Shown here: one piece after another, positions 53,481 to 64,000 of the stretch
How positions within the stretch are numbered: position 1 is the stretch's first letter
Layout of the letters: every line of letters starts with the position of its first letter
Source: the human T2T-CHM13v2.0 reference genome, Homo sapiens
Length of the DNA stretch: 64,000 nt
Assembly: GCF_009914755.1 (NCBI RefSeq)
Contig: NC_060925.1
Strand: one strand, 5' to 3'
Translations under genes and position numbers: made by a program
Notes under the pieces: model-generated
Seen by the model: only the letters and a program-made list of their open reading frames with translations
Told to the model about the DNA's origin: nothing
Database searches by the model: none

Positions 53481-56400
53481 CACTACACTTCCAGGCAGAG
53501 GGCATCTCCCTGTGCTTCTGGGATAAAACTTGCAGCACTGCCTTGTCTAGGACTCAAGAGGCACTGTTTTCTCCTCCCCTACTGGTTCTGCAGTCTTTCC
53601 AACTCTTTCCACTTCATCAATGAGCCATGTCCATCCTCACATCACTATGTGTCTGTGTAATACTTAGGGCCACTGAGTTATGGGGAAAAAGAGAAATGGA
53701 TATTTCTTAGTATTGTCTGGTGGTTCTGTTATCTCACAGTTCATGGAAACCAGATCACTACAGGCACAAGGCATTACCATCAGTCTCAGAGAAGGCCTGA
53801 CACCCTGTTATAGATCAGAGAGTCCTGGCCACCACTAAAGGTCTTGGAAAGACACGGGGAAGGCAAGCAGAAGCACAGGTGGCCTGAAGACATCTCCTTC
53901 CGGCCAAGAGTCCCCCTGCTCATCCCCCACCCCACCCAGGCACCACCCTCCACAGCTAAAGGTGTTTATGCTGTAGGAACCCTGTGGTGGTAGGAGATCG
54001 GGGGTGATAGGGCTGCTTGGATAGGAAACATATGTGATTGTTGGCACTGCTCTTCATACTGTTGTCAAATTCCTCACTGCTTCTGTGTACTTGGGGTGAC
54101 AGTCTGACAGCCTGTGAGGTCAGACAAAGCCCAGATTACTTCCCTCTCGCCTTTCCGTCTCGCACTTGTGGGCTGCCATTCTTAAAGGAGTCACGTGTGG
54201 GCTTTCTTTGCCAGAAGTAGGCATGGCTTACATCTTTTGGGTTTGGGCACTGGAAATGACTCTGCTTCCCCTGCAGACACACCCTGATGAGGCTGCAGGC
54301 CACTAGCTCTGCTCCTTTTTCAACATCAGAAACAGAGGCTGACCATTGCTGGGACATTTCCCTTCTCCTGCTCCTAACTTTGTCATAGACGTCTCCTGAA
54401 CTGCAGTTACTGTGTTTGGAGGTAACATCATCCCCTTCTTTGGTTTGTGGGTAGGGAATACCAGATACGAGGGAGAGCATCCCTAAGGCCTTCACCTGAC
54501 ACCAGTCCTGCCTGTATGTCCTGCAGTTCTCATGGTAAGCCATCAGCCTCGCCAGGCGGCACCTGTGTGCCAAGCAGCATGGCTTATTCATTGTCTTCTC
54601 TAGAACACAGAATAGTTTGGGGACATTTCTATGTTTTCTTTCTCCAACAGCCAGATATATGTGTCCACTTAGCTGCACATAATTATTGTCTCTCTAACTC
54701 TTTGACCTACACATTTGTCAGATAAAATATTTTGGGTGAGAGCTTGTTAGCAGATCTATTTCCATTCCACTCTTGGCATTTATTAGCGAGCCCTCTTCGG
54801 GAAGCCGTATGTTCTGAGAAGTAGGAAGAATAACGCATTTTACCTATAGTGCAATGTCTGGCCAGCGCCTATTCTTTCTGGGTTGAGCTGCTGGAATGTA
54901 TTCAGGGGATAAGCTGAGAGGCAATTTACGAGGAGTGCTCTCTCCTTGTCTTGCTCCTGCTTCCCTTTAAAATTCCTTGGCTGCCCTTAGTGTGGCATGT
55001 GTTTCCATTTATCCTATAGTTCTCAAGACTCAATGGAGCTCTTGTACTTCTGAAGGGCACTTACTAGGAAGCCCTTCTCCCTGACGTTGAGCTTGCACTG
55101 ATCAAAACGGGGGGCCCCACAAACCATCACAGGGATATCTATGCAAAGAGGGAATGTTTAGCACCAAAGTTAAGGACTGTGCATGCTTTGGCAGAATTAC
55201 AAAAGGAAAAATAAGTGGACAAAGTATGTTACTTTTTTTTTATTATTATAGGGTGTGTGTGGTTTATTTGAACATCAACAAAAACACAACAGAAAGGGGT
55301 AAAATGTAAAGGAAAAGCCCCTTTGCTGTCCTCCAACCCTGAGGAAGCTGTTAGCAGTTTTAAGTGCATCCTTCCAGAAATATCTCCCTCATGTATGGAC
55401 ATATATGTCCTTTAGTTAGTTTTAGAAAATTCAAATGGAATCATAACAGAATTTTGTTCTGTGCCTTGCCGTTTTTGCTTAATTTTTCTTGGAGGTCTTT
55501 CAACTTTAAGAGGTAAAAATGGCTGTATGATATGTAACAATAAGTGTGGCTGATTCCAATTTTCTCCATTTGGTTGTTTCCAGTTATTTCTCATGCTGCA
55601 ATGATCATCCTTTTTTATATGTCTCTTTTACCTTGTCTGAATATTCCTGTAGAGTAAATGCCTAGAAGAGGAATAGCTAGTGAAAAGGACATGTGCATTT
55701 TAAATTTTGACCAATATTGCTGAATTACTTTCCTAAAAAAGGCAGCTGACGTATCCCTCACCTTTAAAACAGCAAACTATACAACTCTCAGACCTTTGTC
55801 TCCGAATCTGTGCATCTTTATATTGGATGCAAATCACGTGTTGATTGGCTGGTTTTTTTTCTTCCTCTGCCTTTTTTGCTTATTTTCTTTTGGGATATTT
55901 GCTTTTTTACTTCTTGACTTTCAAAACTCTTTGCTGGTTAATAAATCTAACTCATAGACCATGCAACGTGTTAGAAATATTTTTTTCTAATATGTCATTT
56001 GTATTTTGACTTTCATTTATGGCACGTTTGCCACATAAGAGTTTAAATTGATATGGGTCTAAATTTTTCACTGTTTTTCACTTTTGGATTTCAGGTTTGT
56101 GTTTGCTTAGAAAGTTTTTCCCCACTTCGAGTCAGTCAAATAATGTAAAAATTTTCATTTAGCTATTGGGCAGCTTAGAAGCCAATACTAGACTGGCCAA
56201 ATAGAGTGGCATGTTGAGACTTACCCTGAGATTTTAGTTTTTAATGCAGCGAATCCATTGGGATCACTTATAAAAAAGGATTTTACCCTATTAATCTTTA
56301 CTAGAATGGATATTTTTAAACTTAATTTTTTTGTGCTTCTCATTGTAGGAGTCCTTTGAATGTAGCTTCCCTGAGTGTTCATTCAGTTCATTAGTTATTG

Positions 56401-57639
56401 AGTTCTTATAGTGGATGACATCTTGCTAGTCTATAGGCTTCATAGGGTTTTAAAAAATGAATACGAAATATTCCCAAACCTGATTAATTACATACAGTAG
56501 AAGAGGGCGTCTGTAGACAAAACCCAGAGATCAAGGCAGAATGTAACAACTCTCTTGAGAGTACTACAAAATGCCATGTGGTTCAGAGAAAGGACATCAC
56601 ATATGGTTGTGAGGTCAGGGAAGAATTTTATATTAAAGTGACATGAGCCTTGAGATGGGCCTTGATGAAATGGTTGGATTTCAATGGGTGTGGATTTTAG
56701 AGAAAGGGCATAAGAAGTATGCATCTGTAATTAGAAACCTGTGCATTTGTTCTGGGAAGAGTGAGAGGTCCACTTTGCAGGTGTGTGGAGAACTCACAGG
56801 GGTGCAATGAATGAGTCCAGAGTAGGGCTGAGGGCATCTTGGGAAAGGCCTCTGAGAATTTTACTCTCCATTTGAAAAGGAATAAGAGGCATTCACGTTT
56901 TTGGAGCAATACTAGATGGGATAGATTGGAAGTATGAAATATTTGAAGGCAGAAAGGCCCATCACTAATTGTAGTTTTCCTGGAGTAAAGAAATAAAATG
57001 CTTAATGTGGAGTAGTACTGGAAATGGGGAAAAGCAGACCTGAACAATATTCTCAGTTTATAATCTGTAAGAGGGTACTGGGGCTGAGGAAAATAACAAG
57101 TTTAAAAATGACCAAGATTTCTAGCCTTCATTTGGTTCACTCTCTTAACATGCATTGAGTTCTTGCTTTATGTCAGCACTGCTCTGGGCGCTTGGACTAG
57201 AGGAGTTGAGGAGTTGGCACGAGACAGGATCCCTGCTCTCAAGGGGCCACAGAAAACAAACAGGCCAGGATGATGGCAGGTATAAGGAAACCATGAAAAA
57301 AAATGGAGAAATTAAGAAGAAGGGCTTGTTTGATGGGGAGCCCTGATAACTTTGATTCTGTGTCTTAAAACTTCAATTCATGCTTCATATAATTATCAAT
57401 TTAATTATTGCTGGTGGTGTTCTCTTTCTCTCTTCACCCTGGTATACTACGGAGTGATACAGGAAAATAAATTGTTATTCGAATTTTAAATAGGCTGCAA
57501 AGTTGGAAAGCACTTTAAAATCTGAGGCTGGTTGGCTTATCCACAACAGGAAAGGGAAGTATGTTACACTAATGATGAGAATAGATCTTTGATTTCTGAT
57601 TATATCTTAGTTTCTTCACCTGTGAAATAGAGACCTGTC

Positions 57640-58095
57640 CTAAAACAGTCCTTGTACTTTGCTCACAGTTTGGTGAGTCATAAATTTGGGAAGGTCTTGC
57701 CTGGGCATTTCTCTGCACGGGCCTGCACCAGGGCTGAACGTGCACAATGGCTCACTGGTGTGGCTGGCAATGGCAACAGCTGTCAGCTGGGATCCCAGAG
57801 GGGGCCACTGACCAGGCATGTAGTCCCTCCAGCATGACAGTCTTGGGCTAGATAGACTCCTTGCATGACAGCTGGCTTGTCTCAGAGCAAGTGTCCCAGA
57901 AGAACCAGGTGGAAGCTACAGGGCCTTTCCCTACCTTGCCTTGGAAGTTAGATGGCATTACTCCCTCTCTGTTCTATTGATTACTCCAAGGAAGGCACCA
58001 AGGTCAGCCCAGATTCAAGAGAGGAGGATATAGATACCAGCTCTTTATTATAGGAATGTCAAAAGAGTAAAGGTTATGTTTTTAAAACACTACAA
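57640..58095 (-). mobile_element. Old MLT1 LTR nested in a MIR
   Basis: CCCAGAAGAACCAGGTGGAAGCT...CAGCCCAGATTCAAGAGAGG...CACTACA; MIR halves on both flanks. Confidence 0.65.
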
Positions 58096-58858
58096 TGTAG
58101 CAATACCATCTTACCTCATGAGGTTGTCTTGAAGACTAAATGAAGTAATATATGTACAACCCTTAGAACAGCACCTGACCAAAAATTATTAACAATGGTG
58201 ATGATGGTGGTGCTGGGAGTGGGGATGGGGATGAGGATGATGAGGATGATGATGAGTAGCTGCACTGCCTTTCTGCAAAATGTCCCTTGTTGTCTGGCAG
58301 GTTGAGTTTTGGAAAGAATGGTTTTACCTAATTTATATTTCCTATAACTATGAAGGGGATTGTCATCGGTTAATTGCCTTAATCTCATCACCTTCTAACT
58401 AACAATCCAGGGAGGGGTTGCTATCCATTGTGTTCTAAGGGAGACCTGAATATAAACTAAATTCTATTAGGAAGGGCAAGACAAGAAAGAGAGGGTAGTT
58501 TCAACCAACAATGACCTCTACATGTTCCTCGTTAAATACTCTTTCTTATATTACATTTCTTCCTTTCATATTATGAAATGGCATTGGAGAAGAAGACTAA
58601 AATTTCCAAAAGTTCAGTGGAAAATAGTATTACTTTTTCTTTCTTAGAAAATAGAAGACAAAGGAATAAAATTTAAACATGTCTAATAACAACATTTTTT
58701 TTTTCTGAATTGGAGGTTAAGTTGCCCAGGGAAAAACATGCCTACAGACACATGAGGACTATTCTACCTTCATCAGTTTGCAGTGGAAAATTTAGTACTA
58801 TTGGCCATTCACATATCAGATATTTTACACCATCATATAAAAAGACCTGGTTATTTTC

Positions 58859-60058
<1,200 letters not shown>

Positions 60059-61479
60059 CTAATGCCCTTTAAGTGAACATATTAATAAATCAGGAAAGAG
60101 AGTTTGGTTATAAGAGCTGAAACTCTAGGCATCTGTGTCAGAACTCAGTATTTACTCTCCTAAAATGGATAGAAACCTACAAACTCACTGCCTACCCTCT
60201 CCCAGAGCACCATTCCCCATAGAAAACCCCATAGAAAAACACTAACATGCCTGGGTCTCAGGAGGATTCAAGCCACACTCAGATGATCTCCTAGACCCCA
60301 TTTTACTTCCAACTGGCAGGAATCACAGGAATGGTGAATATCAATTCTGTTCTCAAGAACTTACCCCCAAACACTGAAATTGTATCTGCTAGCTGCCTCA
60401 TTACTGGTTGTGAAAACATCACCAAAGATCTTGCACAGTTCAAGTAGCTGTGAGTCCTTCTCTTCAATAATTATTACTAATGATCTAATTGTTTTCCCTG
60501 GGCAGAAATAGCAAAGCTTCTGAAGACTTCAAAATCAACCACTACTCTCTTTAGCACAAACAGATCAATAAGCAGGTATCTTAAAAATCCAAAGCTTGAT
60601 GAAATTATTATGTATTATGAAATTACACTGTAATTTTACCACTACATATTTTCCTCAGCACTCAGCATAGCATCCCCTCAAACTGGCTTCCAAACTTTGA
60701 CGTGTGCATTCTAAGAGAAGTTTGGGGACTACCCTCACTCAGGGTGCACATACTCTGTCCCATCAAATAGCAAATAGACACAAAGTTACAGTATTCCAGT
60801 CATTATACTGCAGAAAATTATTTACAGAAGCAGCAAACCTTTCTTAGGAAAGTTATAAGCTAGGCTGCTGGCTCTTTCCTTTGAATCCAGCCTCGCTCAC
60901 ACCGTAGAAGCCAGAGCAATGTTGATGGATCTGTCAAGTTCATAATAAAAAATAACAGAGAACTCCTCAGGTAACTGAAGGTGATTTGGCCCACGTGTGG
61001 GGAGAAAACAGATGACAGCGTGGAGGGGGCTTTTCAGACATGACCTTTTCTTCCTCCTTCACATTGCTGAGGAAGGCCAATCCTACCTAGGTGCTTCAAG
61101 AAACAAACCCCTGCTGGCAGTGAGGCTCGGGGTTTTGAGGCTAGACAAGCAGTAGCAGAGGAGCACTGCCTGGGAGGGGGTCAAGCAGATGGCCAGGATT
61201 TCAGCATCTCCATCCTCCCTGTTCCCCAAGGGGTAGGTAATTACAATTGAGGGAGACTATATTTCTGGGAGCACAGATGATTCCCCCAGAGGCTCTTTTC
61301 CCTGCACCCTCCTACCACCTGAACCCACTGGGACCTGCACAAGTGAGGGCCTTGGCAGTATCCACTTCTCCAAAGACCCAAGACCAGCCTAAGTAGTAAA
61401 TATGCCTAAGGAAATAAGAACTCATTTGGAAAATAAACAAGACTGCTTTGGAGGACAACTGTTAAAAAAGAACGGTAAT

Positions 61480-62660
61480 AAATGGAATGGCTAAAACCTG
61501 ATGAAGCATGGTTATTGAAGTAGACATACAAGGTGTTCAACACACATATCAAATATTCCCCAAAGATAAGGAAGGATGTTGGAAACATGACATAAAACAT
61601 GAAGCCCTAAAAAGGAGTCAAATGGAAAATCAAAGAATGCAAAGTTTAATTATTTTAAGTTTCAGTAAATGCATTGAATGCCAAGTGGATTCAGCTGAAA
61701 AGCCAATTGGCGAGCCAGAAGATCTCAGAAATTCTCAGAGGACACCAGCAATAGTCAGAGAGAGGGAAAACTTAAAAGATAAATGAAACAATATGAAGAA
61801 TAGCAATATGAAGATCAACATTCATATAAAAAGAATCCCAGAAGGAAGGAAAACAATCAATAGAAAAATGGAAGGAAACATATGAGAGAAAGATTGAGAA
61901 CCGCCCAGAAAAAGGAAAAGGTATAAAACTTCCGACCAATGGGCTTAGTAGAGTGCAAAACAGGATAGAAAAAAAGGTGATGGGCATACCTCAATAGGTT
62001 GTAATAACATTTATGTAAAACAATGATAGAGAGAACATTCTAAGAGCAGGTCAATTATTAAAGGATGAGAACTAGATCGACCTCAGACTTCTCAATAGAA
62101 CACATAATACAAGAGGCTATCAAGTAATATTTTCAAAATGTGGAACCAAGAATATTAAATAAAACCATTATTTAAATGGGACTATGAGACCTGGAAATAC
62201 TTAAAAGATTTATCATGCACAAGCTTCTTGGGAATATTCTTAGAGGAAGTATTTCAAGAAGATGAAAAGTCTAGGAGGACAGTATGAGTGGTGTCACAGA
62301 GTATGCAAATAAAGCTTAGCAAATTTTTTACTGTTGATGACATACAGAACTTACAAATAGAACAAACAACAAAAATATATTTTAATAAAAATCTGGAACT
62401 AAAATATAGCCTCAAAATATATATATCAATTTATTGCTTCAGCGGTGGGATGGGGTAGAATGAGAGTGAGGTGAAAATACATTAAAGCACTTTTCTTCTT
62501 GTTTGCGAGGAAGATGTAGAAATTGAAAAGCTCAGCAAATTTATATGGAAAAACATAAATATGATCTTACAGATACAAAGGAAACTACCAGAAGACAAAA
62601 ATATAATGTATAATTTTTAGACCAATAGAAGAAGATTTGATCCACCCAATGGAAAGTAGG
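61480..62660 (+). mobile_element. Ancient HAL1/L1M ORF1-like relic
   Basis: A-rich, with degenerate ORF1 motifs (CAGCTGAAAAGCCAATTGGCGAGC; CCTCAGACTTCTCAATAG). Confidence 0.5.
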
Positions 62661-62694
62661 AAAAGAGAAAAAAAATAAAATGTTTAAAAAGTAA

Positions 62695-63353
62695 GGGAGG
62701 ATTCCTGGTCTGGGAAAAAAGGCATGGACCATTTCTCTCTGCTTCTTCCCACTAAATGCAATTCTAAATCCTGAAAATAATGCAAGAGCTAATCAAATGA
62801 GAACTCTGAAAGACCGTGAGAGGACAGAAATCTGCCTTGGGACTGCAGGACTAGAGAGAAAACATAGCTTCAGGGCTTCCTACATACCTACTTCATGAAA
62901 AAAGATGACCTAGACCTGGATTTCCTGACCTCCAACCAAGCAACCAAAGGCAGCTCAGCTAGGTTTATTCCTGCCCTGGATTTGGAGCCCTGCTAACAAT
63001 AAGCAGCCAGGGGAGAGCTCTCCTTCCCTCCTGGCCTCCAACTCCCTTCCCCTCCCAGAGACACCTGGTTAGCCAGGAGCCCCTGGCAAGAGGGACCCTG
63101 CCACAACAGATGCCCAGCCTGGGAAGTGTTCTCCTCTCCCCTCCCTGCCCCACCAGGGGCAAGGGGAATTCTGCCACAGTAGGTACCCAGCCAGGGAAGT
63201 CTTCTTGTCCTCCAGAGTCTGAGACTTTACACCCGCACCAAGAGACATTCAGTTACCTGACCTGGGGGGAGGCCCCTTCTGCCTTCTGCCCCTTCAGCTA
63301 GCACCATCAGGGACCAGTGGAAGTTCTCCTAGAGCCAGATGAATCAAGCAGAA

Positions 63354-63389
<36 letters not shown>

Positions 63390-64000
63390 AACAACCAACT
63401 CCAAAACAAAACTCGAAGGCAAACAAATGAAAGGAACCACACTGCAATGGCTTCAAAAATAAAAATTCCATTGGAACCACATATAGAAAAGTAGGACGGG
63501 ACCTGCATGATAAAGCTAAACAGAATTCCCTCATAAAATAAAAAAATTAAATGGAACTCAACGTTTTTTAACATAATGACCCACATGCCCAAGATATAAT
63601 TAGGAACCATTCATCATAACAAAAACCAAGGATATCACAGCTTGGATGAGGAAAGAGAATCAACCGATACCAGCGGGGAGATGAATCAGATGTTGGAATT
63701 ATGTGACAAGAATTGTGTATGGTCATCATGAAAATGCTTCATTAAACTATTACAACAAATGAAAAAATTAGAAAAGGTCAGCAAAGATATAGAAATTTTT
63801 TTAAAAACCAAATGTAAATTATAGAACTAAAAATACAAAAACAGAAATAAAAATCTCACTGCATAGGCTCAATTGTAGAGTGAAGGTGATGGAGAATAGA
63901 TTCAGTGAAATTGAGAACAGATTAATAGAATTTACCCAATCTGAACAAGAAACAATGGACTGAAAAAAATGAACAGAGCCTCTGGGCTCTGTGGGACATA
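62695..64000 (+). mobile_element. Ancient L1M 5'UTR and ORF1 start, running off the window; includes (AAC)n at ~63353-63390
   Basis: ORF1-type GAATCAGATGTTGGAATTA...ATAGGCTCAAT...AATAGAATTTACCCAATCTGAACAAG...GAACAGAGCCTC...TGTGGGAC. Confidence 0.7.

Noticed and set aside
54136-54678. 180-aa minus-strand ORF
   Set aside because: No recognisable homology or promoter context; a length expected occasionally by chance in 64 kb x 6 frames.

Overview
Human genomic DNA from inside the DISC1 gene (1q42.2), + strand. The locus is identified by one internal 61-nt coding exon at 22364-22424 (E-TSVKENTMKYMETLKNKLC-S). I recognise this from memory as DISC1 exon 10, residues ~661-681. Everything upstream is the distal part of intron 9 and everything downstream is the proximal part of intron 10; exon 11 is not in the window. 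A large fraction is interspersed repeat: ~14 Alus, several truncated L1s, L2/MIR relics, solo LTRs (MLT1, MER74, LTR16, MER21, MER34/39 group, HERV-E LTR2) and DNA-transposon MITEs (MADE2, MER1A, MER5). The supplied ORFs are repeat-derived or chance ORFs. I found no new multi-gene system. The best leads are splicing signals around exon 10: two frame-preserving cassette-exon candidates (49269-49325; 4462-4503/4584), a read-through stop with nearby poly(A) signals, and several poison or recursive-splice candidates. Insertion-history oddities include a consensus-perfect truncated AluYa5, a twin-primed L1, a triplicated target site and an antisense HERV-E LTR. Repeat subfamily names come from recalled consensus sequences and need RepeatMasker/Dfam confirmation.
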